DNA from: a bacterium BMS3Bbin03
GTDB lineage: Bacteria > Zhuqueibacterota > JdFR-76 > BMS3Abin05
Direction: 5' to 3'
Assembly: GCA_002898015.1 (NCBI GenBank)
Contig: BDTM01000128.1
Location: forward strand, 138,418-202,417
Length of the DNA: 64,000 nt
A program made the translations under genes and the position numbers. A model generated the notes under the pieces. That model ran no database searches. It worked only from the letters and a program-made list of their open reading frames with translations, and was not told the origin of the DNA. This document shows positions 37,118-48,020 of this stretch, one piece after another (the stretch's first letter is position 1; the number at the start of each line of letters is the position of its first letter).

Positions 37118-38881
37118 ATGCCCTATCAAGTTCTTGCGCTTAAATGGCGTCCGGCATTGTTTGAACAGGTGGTGGCACAAGAACATGTCACCCGCACCCT
37201 CCAGAATGCGATTTCGAGCGGCCGGATCGCCAATGCTTATCTGTTTTCCGGACCTCGCGGCGTTGGTAAGACGACCACGGCGCGAATTTTTGCCAAAGCC
37301 CTGAATTGTCAGGAAGGCCCGTCCCCGACCCCCTGCGACAAATGCACCAACTGTCTGGAAATTGCCGCCGGCAGAAGCATGGACGTGATCGAGATCGACG
37401 GAGCATCCAATCGCGGCATCGATGAAATTCGCAATCTTCGGGAAAATATCCGGTACGCACCCACCAACAGCCGTTATAAAATTTACATTGTCGATGAAGT
37501 CCACATGCTCACGACCGAAGCGTTTAATGCACTGCTCAAGACACTGGAAGAACCGCCGCCGCACGTGGTTTTTATCTTTGCCACAACCGAACCCCATAAA
37601 GTGCCGGCGACTATTTTATCCCGCTGCCAGCGTTTCGATTTTAAGCGGATGCCCCTGCAAGTCATCATCGAACAGTTAAAGCTCATTTGCGAAGATGAAA
37701 AAATAGAAATCGACGATGAATCTCTTCTTATCATCGCCAAAAAAGCCGACGGCAGCATGCGGGATGCGCAAAGCATTCTGGACCAAATTATATCCTTTGC
37801 CGGAAATAAAGTGGTTGTGGACGATGTGCTTCAGGCGCTGGGGGTGATTCATCAGGATTTGTATTTTGAATTTACAGACATTTTGAAATCCCGGAGTGTT
37901 GAAAAAGCCCTTGATTTTATTGAACGCTTCATTTCACAGGGCTATGATATCGCAGGATTATTAATCGGACTTGCGGAACATTTCCGGAACAAATTGTTCG
38001 TGCTGGCCACGGATTCCGTCAAACTTCTGGAAGTCTCGGAATCCGGTAAAAAGCGCTATCTGGAGGAGAAGGGGGATTTTTCCGAACAAGACCTGTTGCG
38101 TTTTATTCAGATCATTTCCGAAACAGAGGTTGCCATAAAACGAAGCCCAAATCCGCGTCTGAAACTGGAAATAATGGCCGTAAAACTGATTAAAATGGAG
38201 CGGTCTGTCACAATAGGCGATCTTGTGGACAGGCTTGCGAAACTGAATTCCGGCAAAACAGGGGCAGCTTTTGAACCCAGGCCGTCTAAACCGGCTCCGG
38301 CGGATTTGTTCAATCATACGAAGTCTCAAACACAGACGAAAACGCCACCGCCCGCGCAGGCAGAAAGAAGCATGAGTCCGGCACCTTCGGCACAGCCTCA
38401 GGAATCCGTTAAAAAAGAGACAAACGAAGAGGCCGGAGAGGACGGTGATGAACCCTCGTCTTCTTTTGTGAACGAATCTCAGGCGAATTATGAGGCCAAA
38501 CCGGTCATTACGCTTGCGGAAATTCAAGATAGATGGGACGAGGTTTTGGCGGCGATTAAACGAAAAAAAATGACCCTCGGCTTTTTTCTGCAAGAAGGGT
38601 TTCCGTCCGGTCTTCACGGGAATGTTCTGGAAATTGTATTTGATGCCTCGAATGGATTTCATTTAAAGTCTGTTCAGAAAGAACAGAAAATCATTCAACA
38701 GGTTCTGGAAAATCTGCTGGGATTATCTTTATCTTTAAAATTTTCTAAGGGAAATCTCAAAAAAAACGAAGACAAAAAAAATTCTAATGGGGAACACTCC
38801 GGAATAACAGACATTAAAAGAAATGGATTGGATCCGCGTGTTCAGAAAATATTAAAAATGTTCGATGGTGAATTGTTGTAA
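37118..38881 (+). CDS. dnaX: DNA polymerase III subunit gamma/tau
   Basis: YQVLALKWRP, GPRGVGKTT, EIDGASNRG, DEVHML, SRCQRF. Confidence 0.97.
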   Translation: MPYQVLALKWRPALFEQVVAQEHVTRTLQNAISSGRIANAYLFSGPRGVGKTTTARIFAKALNCQEGPSPTPCDKCTNCLEIAAGRSMDVIEIDGASNRGIDEIRNLRENIRYAPTNSRYKIYIVDEVHMLTTEAFNALLKTLEEPPPHVVFIFATTEPHKVPATILSRCQRFDFKRMPLQVIIEQLKLICEDEKIEIDDESLLIIAKKADGSMRDAQSILDQIISFAGNKVVVDDVLQALGVIHQDLYFEFTDILKSRSVEKALDFIERFISQGYDIAGLLIGLAEHFRNKLFVLATDSVKLLEVSESGKKRYLEEKGDFSEQDLLRFIQIISETEVAIKRSPNPRLKLEIMAVKLIKMERSVTIGDLVDRLAKLNSGKTGAAFEPRPSKPAPADLFNHTKSQTQTKTPPPAQAERSMSPAPSAQPQESVKKETNEEAGEDGDEPSSSFVNESQANYEAKPVITLAEIQDRWDEVLAAIKRKKMTLGFFLQEGFPSGLHGNVLEIVFDASNGFHLKSVQKEQKIIQQVLENLLGLSLSLKFSKGNLKKNEDKKNSNGEHSGITDIKRNGLDPRVQKILKMFDGELL

Positions 38882-38889
38882 ATTGGAGG

Positions 38890-39237
38890 ATGATCTTTAT
38901 GGCTAAGCCGAATTTATCGGGACTTTTGGGTCAGGTACAAAAAATGCAGGAGCAGTTAAAAAAAGCCCAGGAAGAGTTGGAAGCGATAGATGTGGAGGGC
39001 AGTTCCGGGGGAGGAATGGTGACGGTTTTCGCGACTGCCAATCGAGAAATTAAACGCATTCAGATTGACCCTGAAGTGGTTGACCCTGAAGAGGTGGAAA
39101 TGCTGGAGGATTTGATTGTAGCGGCTGTAAACCAGGCGCTGGAAAAGGCAGAACAGGCTGCAAACGAACACCTAAATCAGACAACGGGCGGAATGCTGTC
39201 GAATTTACCCGGGGGCTTTAAGATTCCCGGACTTTGA
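38890..39237 (+). CDS. ybaB: Nucleoid-associated protein YbaB/EbfC
   Basis: QKMQEQL, GSSGGGMVTV, EMLEDLIVAAVNQA; between dnaX and recR. Confidence 0.93.
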   Translation: MIFMAKPNLSGLLGQVQKMQEQLKKAQEELEAIDVEGSSGGGMVTVFATANREIKRIQIDPEVVDPEEVEMLEDLIVAAVNQALEKAEQAANEHLNQTTGGMLSNLPGGFKIPGL

Positions 39238-39243
39238 GAAAAC

Positions 39244-39843
39244 ATGCGATTTTATTCATCAGGATCTCTGGAAAAACTCATCAGTGAGTTTTCCAAATTA
39301 CCCGGAATTGGCAGAAAATCGGCTCAGCGCCTGGCCTTCTATTTGTTGAAGCAATCGAAGGAAGACGTTGAAACGCTTGCACAGGCGCTAATCGATGTGA
39401 AAGAAAAGACGCATTATTGCTCCGTGTGCTTTAACCTCACGGAGATCGATCCCTGTCCGATTTGCCGCGACGTGACGCGGGATCACTCCACCATTTGTGT
39501 GATGGAGGAACCGAACGAAATTTTGGCCATTGAAAAAACGGGAATGTACCATGGAGTTTACCATGTGCTGGGGGGCGTGCTGTCACCTCTGGATGGCGTG
39601 GGCCCCGATAATTTAAGGATTAAAGAACTCCTTTCACGGTTGACGGCAGAGGTTCAAGAAATCATCCTGGCGACAAATCCGGACGTTGAGGGAGAGGCGA
39701 CTGCTCTTTATCTGCAGCAACTTATCAAGCCGCTGGGGAAAAAAATCACGCGTCTGGCGCGCGGCATTCCGGCGGGCGGTGATCTTGAGTTTGTGGATGA
39801 ATTAACGCTTTCGCGTGCCCTTGAAGGACGCAATGTGTTGTAG
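39244..39843 (+). CDS. recR: Recombination mediator RecR
   Basis: [14 protein letters not shown]4 zinc finger, YHVLGG, TOPRIM EGEATA. Confidence 0.96.
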   Translation: MRFYSSGSLEKLISEFSKLPGIGRKSAQRLAFYLLKQSKEDVETLAQALIDVKEKTHYCSVCFNLTEIDPCPICRDVTRDHSTICVMEEPNEILAIEKTGMYHGVYHVLGGVLSPLDGVGPDNLRIKELLSRLTAEVQEIILATNPDVEGEATALYLQQLIKPLGKKITRLARGIPAGGDLEFVDELTLSRALEGRNVL

Positions 39844-39869
39844 GTTTAGAAGAAAATGAAGGTTCACAG

Positions 39870-40496
39870 GTGAAACCAACACCGAATCAATTATCCATAT
39901 TTCGAATTGTCTTAACGCCATTTTTTGTGTGGACCTTTTTGTTAAATGATTCGATCTGGAAAATAGTCGCCCTCGCTATTTTTACGGTCGCTTCTATTAC
40001 CGATTGGTACGACGGCCGTTTGGCTCGAAAATTCGGACTGGTCAGTGTTTGGGGGCGATTCCTGGATCCCCTTGCCGATAAAATTCTGGTGCTCACAGTG
40101 TTTATGGTGTTTGCCATTGTCAAAGAAGTGCTGCTCTGGATGGTTTTGGTCATTGTCATTCGTGATGTGATTGTCACCGGTCTTCGCATTTATGCCATGT
40201 ACAAAAAGCACCCGATTAGTACATCTTACCTTGCAAAGGCAAAAACAACCAGCCAGCTTATTGTCATTTTTATCTTGTTGATTTATTCCGTTTTAAAAAT
40301 TTACGCTTCTCAGGGAATCCTTTGGGCCGCAGACGTTGTTCGGTTTTTTGCGGCGTACGAAATAATCAACATTTTAATGTGGATTGTGGTGCTTCTGACG
40401 GTTTTTACCGGAATTCAATATTTGGTCGAAAATAAAGTACATGTAAAATCTCTCTTTTGGGATATTTTTCACGTCTTTTACACTTCGGATGTCTGA
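39870..40496 (+). CDS. pgsA: CDP-diacylglycerol--glycerol-3-phosphate 3-phosphatidyltransferase
   Basis: PNQLS.FRI, TDWYDGRLARK...GRFLDPLADK. Confidence 0.9.
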   Translation: MKPTPNQLSIFRIVLTPFFVWTFLLNDSIWKIVALAIFTVASITDWYDGRLARKFGLVSVWGRFLDPLADKILVLTVFMVFAIVKEVLLWMVLVIVIRDVIVTGLRIYAMYKKHPISTSYLAKAKTTSQLIVIFILLIYSVLKIYASQGILWAADVVRFFAAYEIINILMWIVVLLTVFTGIQYLVENKVHVKSLFWDIFHVFYTSDV

Positions 40497-40946
40497 ATGA
40501 AAATATTTCTCGCACGTTTTTTGTCCACGACGGCATTTACCGGTCTGTTTCCCATTGCGCCCGGTACGGTCGGCAGTCTGGTCACAATCGTCATCTTATG
40601 GTTTTTACCGGCCCTTTCAACTGCCTGGCTTCTGGGCATTTCCGTGGTTTTATTTTTCACAGGTATCTGGAGTGCAGGGGTTACGGAAAAAGCGATGGGG
40701 GTTGAAGATCCCGGCTCGGTGAACCTCGATGAAGACCTCGGGATGGTCGTTTCAATTATTGCCCTGCCCAAAACATTGATATGGTGGGGTGTTGCATTTC
40801 TTATTTTTCGATTTTTGGATATTCTGAAGCCGTGGCCGGCGAAGCAGTCCCAGGCCGTTGGCGGCGGACTCGGCATTATGATTGATGATGTGATTGTAGC
40901 CATTTACACAAATCTTCTGTTACAAGCGGTTCGATTCATTTTCTGA
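40497..40946 (+). CDS. pgpA: Phosphatidylglycerophosphatase A
   Basis: APGTVGSL, DP..V.LDE..G, FRFLDILKPWP, GIMIDD. Confidence 0.9.
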   Translation: MKIFLARFLSTTAFTGLFPIAPGTVGSLVTIVILWFLPALSTAWLLGISVVLFFTGIWSAGVTEKAMGVEDPGSVNLDEDLGMVVSIIALPKTLIWWGVAFLIFRFLDILKPWPAKQSQAVGGGLGIMIDDVIVAIYTNLLLQAVRFIF

Positions 40947-42193
40947 TGAAGGCGGAAATCTTAAACATTGGCGATGAAATTCTTCTCGGCCAGATTGCAA
41001 ACACGAATGCGATGTTCATCAGCCGGAGTCTGGTGAAAGCGGGCGTGGTGCTCCGATGGATCACCGTTGTCGGGGACTCAAAAGAAGAAATTCTTCAAAG
41101 TTTGAAAACGGCGTTCCGGCGGGCCGATGTGGTCATTATAACGGGAGGGCTCGGCCCCACTCACGATGATGTGACCAAATATGCGGTGTCTGAGTATTTT
41201 GGTTCCCCGATTGTCTTTAATCCGGAGCTTTACGGGAAGCTGATCAAACGCTTTGAAGAAAGAGGACTGAAAATGCCGGAGGTGAGCCGCAATCAAGCGG
41301 AAGTGCCGGCAAAAGCACGAATCCTTCCGAATCCACTCGGTACGGCTCCCGGACTTCATTTTGAAGAATCGGGCAAACACTGCTTTGTGCTTCCGGGCGT
41401 CCCGGCCGAAATGAGGCGAATCGTTGAGGACTCCATCGTCCCGTTTTTCTTAAAACACACCGGGGGTGCCCGGAGTTGTCTTCGCTACAAGACGCTCCGA
41501 ACCACAGGTATTTTTGAATCCCGATTAATGGAAATGCTGGGCGATGTCAGAGAAATCGAACAATTTGCAAAATTAGCATTTCTTCCGCACACCGCCGGCG
41601 TAGACCTGAGATTGACGGTTATGAGCCGCTCGCATGAAGATTGCCGGCAAAGGCTTGAACGGGCGGAGGCGCTCGTCCGAAATAAAGTGAATCGCTACAT
41701 TTTCGGCGAAGACGATGACACGCTCGAAGAACGGGTGGCGGCGCTTTTGTTCAAACAAAAAAGAACGATTGCCGCGGCCGAATCCTGCACGGGCGGTTTG
41801 TTGTCCCACAAACTCACAAATGTCCCCGGCAGTTCGAATTACTTTTTGGGGAGTGTGATTGCCTACAGCAATGAAGTGAAAATGAATGTGTTGGGAGTAT
41901 CTTCGCAGACACTCGAACAATTTGGAGCCGTTAGCGAAAGCACGGCGAAGGAAATGGCGGAAGGCGTGCGAAACCGGCTTGGAGCGGATTTTGGTCTTTC
42001 CACCACCGGGATTGCCGGTCCCGGAGGGGGGACGCCGGAGAAACCGGTTGGATTGGTTTACATCGGATTTTCCGACGGCACGGCAATCGCCGCAAAGAAA
42101 TTCATTTTCACGAACGATCGTCTGGCCAACAAAGAACGATCTTCCGCTGCGGCGCTGGATTATCTGCGCCGTCATCTTTTAAAAATTATTTGA
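40946..42193 (+). CDS. cinA: CinA family (MocF + PncC NMN deamidase)
   Basis: GDEILLGQIANTNA, GGLGPTHDDVT, AESCTGG, GAVS, GIAGPGGG. Confidence 0.94.
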   Translation: MKAEILNIGDEILLGQIANTNAMFISRSLVKAGVVLRWITVVGDSKEEILQSLKTAFRRADVVIITGGLGPTHDDVTKYAVSEYFGSPIVFNPELYGKLIKRFEERGLKMPEVSRNQAEVPAKARILPNPLGTAPGLHFEESGKHCFVLPGVPAEMRRIVEDSIVPFFLKHTGGARSCLRYKTLRTTGIFESRLMEMLGDVREIEQFAKLAFLPHTAGVDLRLTVMSRSHEDCRQRLERAEALVRNKVNRYIFGEDDDTLEERVAALLFKQKRTIAAAESCTGGLLSHKLTNVPGSSNYFLGSVIAYSNEVKMNVLGVSSQTLEQFGAVSESTAKEMAEGVRNRLGADFGLSTTGIAGPGGGTPEKPVGLVYIGFSDGTAIAAKKFIFTNDRLANKERSSAAALDYLRRHLLKII

Positions 42194-42223
42194 TAATTTT
42201 AAATAAATTCTTTAAATTGTAAA

Positions 42224-42787
42224 ATGATTCGCTCATTTATTGCTATCGAAATTCCGAAAGTTATCCGGGATAAAATTGCAGACTTGCAGTACGAATTGCG
42301 CCGGATTCCCGCACAAGTGAGCTGGGTGAAGCCGAAAAACATCCATGTGACGTTGAAATTTCTGGGTGAAATTCAGGAATCACTGGTGCCTCGAATCGAG
42401 GAGATGTTGCAGGAAATTTCGGCGAAGACGGTTCCGTTTGAAATTATGATTGAAGAGACGGGGTTTTTTCCAAATGCCCGGAGGCCGCGGGTGCTCTGGG
42501 TAGGGGTTCACGAAGAAGATCGGCATCTGAGTCGTTTTTTTGCTGAAATCGAAAGGGGCCTTCTTCCGTTGGGATTTGCGAATGAAAAAAGAGGATTTAA
42601 GCCTCATTTAACCATTGGACGAGTGAGGCACCCCGGAGGCATCGAAGAAATCATTTCCAAGATGCAGGAAGGTTCGTTTCAGGCGCAATCCTTTTTGGCG
42701 CAGGAAGTTGTGTTTGTGAAAAGTACGCTCAAACCGACCGGTGCGGAGCACGAACCATTGGGAAAGTTTCGCTTTAAGACGGATTAA
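42224..42787 (+). CDS. thpR: RNA 2',3'-cyclic phosphodiesterase (2H family)
   Basis: RSFIAI, HVTLKFLG and PHLTIGR (two HxT motifs). Confidence 0.92.
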   Translation: MIRSFIAIEIPKVIRDKIADLQYELRRIPAQVSWVKPKNIHVTLKFLGEIQESLVPRIEEMLQEISAKTVPFEIMIEETGFFPNARRPRVLWVGVHEEDRHLSRFFAEIERGLLPLGFANEKRGFKPHLTIGRVRHPGGIEEIISKMQEGSFQAQSFLAQEVVFVKSTLKPTGAEHEPLGKFRFKTD

Positions 42788-42817
42788 AAAGTTTAAAATA
42801 AACATGGAAGGAAGACC

Positions 42818-43858
42818 ATGGCTGATGAGAAGACCGAAAAATTAAAGGCATTGGATTTGGCAATTGCCCAGATTGATCGGCAATTTGGAAAAGGCTCCAT
42901 CATGCGGCTGGGTGCCGGCAGTGTCATTCCAAATCTTGAAATCATTTCGACAGGGTCGATTGCGTTGGATGCGGCGCTGGGTGTGGGCGGAGTCCCCCGC
43001 GGCAGAATCATAGAAATTTACGGTCCGGAATCTTCGGGCAAAACAACCCTTTCCCTGCAAATTGTGGCAGAAGCTCAAAAAAATGGAGGCCTTGCCGCAT
43101 TCATCGACGCCGAGCACGCGCTCGATGTAAAATATGCCAACAATCTGGGGGTTGACACGGACAATTTGCTCATTTCTCAGCCGGACACGGGGGAACAGGC
43201 GCTCGAAATCACAGAAACGCTCGTCCGAAGCGGTGCGCTCGATGTGGTTGTGATTGACTCTGTTGCCGCGCTGGTGCCGCGCGCCGAAATCGAAGGCGAG
43301 ATGGGGGATGCGCAAATGGGACTTCAGGCCCGGTTGATGTCCCAGGCGATGCGCAAACTCTCCGGTACCATTTCCAAGACAAAGACCACCGTGATTTTTA
43401 TCAACCAGATTCGTGAGAAAATAGGGGTCGTGTTTGGAAACCCGGAAACCACGACCGGGGGCCGGGCGCTGAAATTTTACGCCACGATCCGGATGGATAT
43501 CCGGAGGATTGCCTCTTTAAAAAGCGGAGACACCATTGTCGGAAACCGCACACGGGTCAAAGTGGTGAAAAACAAAGTGGCACCCCCCTTCAGAGACGCT
43601 GAATTTGATATCATGTACGGTACCGGAATTTCCCGTGAAGGCGAATTGATCGACCTGGCAGTGGAAAATAAAATTATTCAAAAGAGCGGTGCCTGGTATT
43701 CGTACGGTGAGGAACGGTTGGGTCAGGGCCGTGAAAACGTGAAGGTTTTCATGAACGAAAATCCGGACATTCTTGAAGAAATCGACACCGGCGTGCGCAA
43801 GGCCCTGGGCCTCATTCAGGAACCTGAAGAAGAAAAAGCCGCTGTGGAAAATGAGTGA
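42818..43858 (+). CDS. recA: Recombinase RecA
   Basis: [36 protein letters not shown]. Confidence 0.99.
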   Translation: MADEKTEKLKALDLAIAQIDRQFGKGSIMRLGAGSVIPNLEIISTGSIALDAALGVGGVPRGRIIEIYGPESSGKTTLSLQIVAEAQKNGGLAAFIDAEHALDVKYANNLGVDTDNLLISQPDTGEQALEITETLVRSGALDVVVIDSVAALVPRAEIEGEMGDAQMGLQARLMSQAMRKLSGTISKTKTTVIFINQIREKIGVVFGNPETTTGGRALKFYATIRMDIRRIASLKSGDTIVGNRTRVKVVKNKVAPPFRDAEFDIMYGTGISREGELIDLAVENKIIQKSGAWYSYGEERLGQGRENVKVFMNENPDILEEIDTGVRKALGLIQEPEEEKAAVENE

Positions 43859-43881
43859 GTTAACGTTTAAGGGTCGTTCTG

Positions 43882-44520
43882 TTGTCCGAACGCCCGGCTA
43901 AAATAATCACCAAAATCGAGCCGCAGAAAGGACGCAAAGACCGGGTCTCTATTTTTTTGAATGAGGAATTCGGATTTGGAATTCATCAGAACTTGCTGGT
44001 CGATCTTGACCTGTACCGGGGAAAGGCTTTAACAGATTCCCGGATTGAAGAAATCCGGCAGGCGGAAGAGCGGTACGCCGCCAAGGAACGGGCGTTTCGC
44101 TGGCTGTCCAACCGGAGTCACAGCCGGAAAGAGATCGCTCAAAAATTAAAACGGGCCAAATTCAGTGAAGACACCATTGAGCGGACACTGAACGAGCTGA
44201 ATCGCCTGAAGTTTTTGGACGATGCGGGGTTTGCCCGGCTTTATGCGCATGACCGTCTGTTGAAGAGGCCGATTGGGAAGAAGCTTCTTAAACTGGAACT
44301 TCAGCGGAAGGGAATCGATTCGGAGACGGCTGAAACAGTGGTGGAAGAAGCCTATTCCGAGACGTCTGAAGTAGAAATGGCCGGGATGTTATTGGAGAAA
44401 AAAGCGCCCGCGTACAATCGATTTGATCCCAAAAAAGCCCGGCAAAAAGCCGTGAATTTTCTCATGCAGCGGGGCTTTGACTGGGAGGTTATTTCTGAAG
44501 TGTTGGAAGGGAAGAAATAG
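43882..44520 (+). CDS. recX: Regulatory protein RecX
   Basis: LSNRSHSRKEI, FLDD..FA, ELQRKGI, FLMQRGF; follows recA. Confidence 0.9.
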   Translation: MSERPAKIITKIEPQKGRKDRVSIFLNEEFGFGIHQNLLVDLDLYRGKALTDSRIEEIRQAEERYAAKERAFRWLSNRSHSRKEIAQKLKRAKFSEDTIERTLNELNRLKFLDDAGFARLYAHDRLLKRPIGKKLLKLELQRKGIDSETAETVVEEAYSETSEVEMAGMLLEKKAPAYNRFDPKKARQKAVNFLMQRGFDWEVISEVLEGKK

Positions 44521-44532
44521 AGTGTTACTTTT

Positions 44533-47175
44533 ATGAATTCCAAAGAAATCCGACAATCGTTTTTGGATTTTTTCCGAAGCAAAGATCATAAAATCGTGCC
44601 GGGGGCGCCCGTGGTGCCGATCGATGATCCGACGCTCCTTTTTATAAATGCCGGCATGAATCAATTTAAAAGGATTTTTTTGGGGCTTGAAAAACCGCGT
44701 TATCTGCGGGTTGCCGATTCTCAAAAATGCATTCGTGTCGGTGGAAAACACAATGATCTTGAGGAAGTCGGAAAGGACACCTACCACCACACCTTTTTTG
44801 AAATGCTCGGCAATTGGTCGTTTGGCGATTACTACAAAAAGGAGGCGATCGAATTTGCCTGGGAGCTTCTGACCGAAGTCTGGGAGCTTCCCAAAGATAA
44901 ACTCTGGGCCACGGTTTACAAAGAGGATGACGAAGCGGAGAATCTTTGGAAACAGGTGACCGATGTTCAGCAAGATCATATCCTCCGTTTCGGCAAGAAA
45001 GAGAATTTTTGGGAAATGGGAGAAACCGGGCCGTGCGGTCCATGCTCGGAAATTCATATTGATTTGGGCCTCGGGCATTGCAATAAAAAGCATGTCCCCG
45101 GACATGTGTGCCGGGTCAATGGAGATTGCGCCCGGTACATTGAACTCTGGAATCTGGTGTTCATTCAATATAACCATCAGGAAGACGGGGCATTTGTGGA
45201 ATTGCCGGCCAAACACGTGGACACAGGGATGGGATTTGAGCGGATCGTGGCGGTTCTGGAGGGCGTTCCGTCCAATTACGACACGGATTTATTCCAGCCC
45301 ATTATTCAGGCGATCTCCGAAATTTCCGGTGGTGAGTATCCCGGTTTAGACGGCGGCGTGGCGTATCGCGTGGTGGCGGACCATGTGCGTGCGTTGAGTT
45401 TTGCCATCGCAGACGGCGCCATGCCGTCAAATGAAGGGCGTGGTTATGTGCTAAGGCGAATTCTCCGCCGGGCGGCGCGTTACGGGCGTAAACTAGACAT
45501 CAAAGAGCCGTTTATTTACAAATTGGTTCCGGTTCTGGTCGATGTGATGGGCGATGCCTACCCGGAGCTGAGGGAAAAATACCAATTTATCGCAATGGTC
45601 ATTCAGGCGGAAGAAGAGAGCTTCGGTCACACACTGGATCGCGGCATCGAAATTTTTGAGAAAACCGCGGCCGATTTGAAGCGGAACAAACAGACTGTTT
45701 TTCCCGGTTTTGCGGCGTTTCAACTGTACGACACCTACGGATTTCCGCCCGATTTAACGCAATTAATGGCCGAAGAACAGGGACTGGCTGTGGATTTAAA
45801 AGGTTTCGAAAAGGCCATGAATGCACAGCGAAAGCGGGCAAAAGAGGCGCAGAAGTTTAAATACGAGATTCACAAATTTTTCACGGAAAATGAAGAAGTG
45901 CCGCACTCGGAGTTTGTGGGATACGATAAGCTGAAAGAGACGGTTCGAATCGCTGCTTTTTCCGGAGATGAATTTCTCCTGGATAAAACGCCTTTTTACG
46001 GTGAATCAGGCGGACAAATCGGGGATACCGGTTTCGTGTACGCGCCGGACGGCAGCTTTAAAGTGAAAGTGGTGGATACTCGGAAAAACGGAAACAGGAT
46101 TATTCACATCGGCCGGATTGAGACCGGACGTTTTGAAGCGGCTTTGAATCGGGAATTAATCGCCGAAGTGGATGGTGAACGCCGGAAATCCATTGCCCGA
46201 AACCACACGGCCACCCATTTGCTCCACAAAGCGCTGCGGGCAGTGCTGGGAGAACACGTTCATCAGGCGGGTTCGCTTGTGGCCCCCGACCGGCTGCGTT
46301 TCGATTTGACCCATTTTGAACGCATCACACCGGAGCAACTGGACGAAATTGAACGCAGGGTCAATGAAGCCGTCCGAACCAATTACAGAGTGGAAGTGCT
46401 CACGCTTCCCTACGATGAGGCAAAGAAGCTTGGTGCCACAGCCCTTTTTGGTGAAAAGTACGGCGATGTGGTTCGCATCGTCAAAATTGACGATTACAGC
46501 ATGGAATTTTGCGGCGGCACGCATCTGAATTACACCGGTGAAATCGGCTATTTTCGCATTGTGTCGGAATCCGGCGTGGCCGCCGGTGTGCGGCGTCTCG
46601 AGGCTGTTACCGGCGCGGCCGCCGATGAACTGCTCCGCCGGGAAAAGCATGAAGTGGAGGCTCTGCGACAACTTCTGGGCGTGCCGGAAGAGGATTCGAT
46701 TTCAAAATTAGAGCAATTCATAAAAGAGAAAAAATCTCTTGAAAAAGAACTTTCTTCCCTAAAAATTAAATTGGCAAAGTTTGAATTGGAGGCTCTTGTA
46801 TCCGGAGCCCGGAACCTGGACGGCTTCAAGCTTGTTTCCGGCCAGATTCATATCGGGAGTCCGGATGAATTGAAACAGGTCGGAGATGCGCTCCGGTCGA
46901 AATTAAAATCCGGTGTGGGGGTGCTGGGTTCGGAAATTAAGGGCAAGCCCTTTTTGCTCTGTGTGGTAACAGACGATCTTATTAAAACTAAAAATCTTAA
47001 AGCCGGTGATATTGTGAAACGGCTCGGGAAATTTATCGGCGGCGGCGGTGGCGGCAACCCTGGCATGGCCCAGGCGGGCGGAAAAGACATCAACAACCTT
47101 GGGAAAGCTCTGGAAAAAGCGAAAGATGTGGTGGCTGAGCTTTTAGATAATTTGGTGTCACAAAAAGCTCTATGA
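44533..47175 (+). CDS. alaS: Alanine--tRNA ligase
   Basis: NAGMNQFK, HHTFFEMLGNWSFGDY, DTGMGFER, NHTATHLL, EFCGGTH, GGGGG..AQAGG. Confidence 0.98.
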   Translation: MNSKEIRQSFLDFFRSKDHKIVPGAPVVPIDDPTLLFINAGMNQFKRIFLGLEKPRYLRVADSQKCIRVGGKHNDLEEVGKDTYHHTFFEMLGNWSFGDYYKKEAIEFAWELLTEVWELPKDKLWATVYKEDDEAENLWKQVTDVQQDHILRFGKKENFWEMGETGPCGPCSEIHIDLGLGHCNKKHVPGHVCRVNGDCARYIELWNLVFIQYNHQEDGAFVELPAKHVDTGMGFERIVAVLEGVPSNYDTDLFQPIIQAISEISGGEYPGLDGGVAYRVVADHVRALSFAIADGAMPSNEGRGYVLRRILRRAARYGRKLDIKEPFIYKLVPVLVDVMGDAYPELREKYQFIAMVIQAEEESFGHTLDRGIEIFEKTAADLKRNKQTVFPGFAAFQLYDTYGFPPDLTQLMAEEQGLAVDLKGFEKAMNAQRKRAKEAQKFKYEIHKFFTENEEVPHSEFVGYDKLKETVRIAAFSGDEFLLDKTPFYGESGGQIGDTGFVYAPDGSFKVKVVDTRKNGNRIIHIGRIETGRFEAALNRELIAEVDGERRKSIARNHTATHLLHKALRAVLGEHVHQAGSLVAPDRLRFDLTHFERITPEQLDEIERRVNEAVRTNYRVEVLTLPYDEAKKLGATALFGEKYGDVVRIVKIDDYSMEFCGGTHLNYTGEIGYFRIVSESGVAAGVRRLEAVTGAAADELLRREKHEVEALRQLLGVPEEDSISKLEQFIKEKKSLEKELSSLKIKLAKFELEALVSGARNLDGFKLVSGQIHIGSPDELKQVGDALRSKLKSGVGVLGSEIKGKPFLLCVVTDDLIKTKNLKAGDIVKRLGKFIGGGGGGNPGMAQAGGKDINNLGKALEKAKDVVAELLDNLVSQKAL

Positions 47176-47202
47176 ATAAGACCAATTCAAAAGAGGCAGT
47201 GA

Positions 47203-47949
47203 TTGAACACGACTTATAAGAGACTGCTGAAGATTTTAAAAAAAAGTGGATCCGGTTATTTTGTTCTTTTTGATCCGGATAATTATTCGCAGAAAAAGAT
47301 CGGCAAACATGTTGCTCTGGCGGCAGAAAATGGTGTGGATGCCTTTCTTGTTGGCGGCAGCTTATTGTTTTATACTCATTTTAGTGAATTTATCAAAACC
47401 GTAAAGAAGCACACAGATCTCCCTGTGATTATTTTTCCGGGAAGTTCAAGGCAGATTTCACCTTACGCAGATGCCATCCTGTTTTTGTCGCTTATCAGCG
47501 GGAGAAATTCAGATTACTTAATTGGTGAACACGTGATTGCTGCTCCCATTATTCGTTCGTTAAAGCTCGAGCCGATTTCAACCGGTTATCTTTTGGTTGA
47601 ATCCGGCAATGCAACGACTGTGGAGTATTTAAGCGGCACCCGTCCAATCCCAAGGAATAAGCCGGAAATTGCGATTGCACACGCACTGGCGGCTGAATAT
47701 CTTGGGATGAAAATGCTTTATTTTGAAGCCGGGAGCGGTGCGGAACACTCGGTTCCGGCGGAAATGATCCAGGCGGTTTCGAAGGAGACAACGCTGCCGC
47801 TGATTGTGGGCGGTGGAATTCGGACGCCGGAAGAAGCGCATAAGAAAGTTGAATCCGGGGCTTCTTTTATTGTGACCGGAAATATTCTTGAAAAGAAAAA
47901 AGACTCCCAGATCATTCGGGCTTTTGCCGATGCGATTCACCGGTCCTAA
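47203..47949 (+). CDS. Geranylgeranylglyceryl/heptaprenylglyceryl phosphate synthase (group II-like)
   Basis: LFDPD, VGGS, IFPG, SLISGRN..YLIG, TGYLL, YLGM...YFEAGSGA, VGGGIR. Confidence 0.9.
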   Translation: MNTTYKRLLKILKKSGSGYFVLFDPDNYSQKKIGKHVALAAENGVDAFLVGGSLLFYTHFSEFIKTVKKHTDLPVIIFPGSSRQISPYADAILFLSLISGRNSDYLIGEHVIAAPIIRSLKLEPISTGYLLVESGNATTVEYLSGTRPIPRNKPEIAIAHALAAEYLGMKMLYFEAGSGAEHSVPAEMIQAVSKETTLPLIVGGGIRTPEEAHKKVESGASFIVTGNILEKKKDSQIIRAFADAIHRS

Positions 47950-48020
47950 GCGGACAGCGGCCTGTTTATATTTAATCGGATTATTTGTAAGTTGATTGCA
48001 TTCGAACGGAAAATGATTGT

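Noticed and set aside
38405-38575. Programmed frameshift/slippage site in dnaX (AAAAAAG at ~38411; A8 followed by TGA at ~38563)
   Set aside because: The heptamer is not in the A_AAA_AAG phase, no stimulatory hairpin is evident, and A7-A8 runs are common in this window
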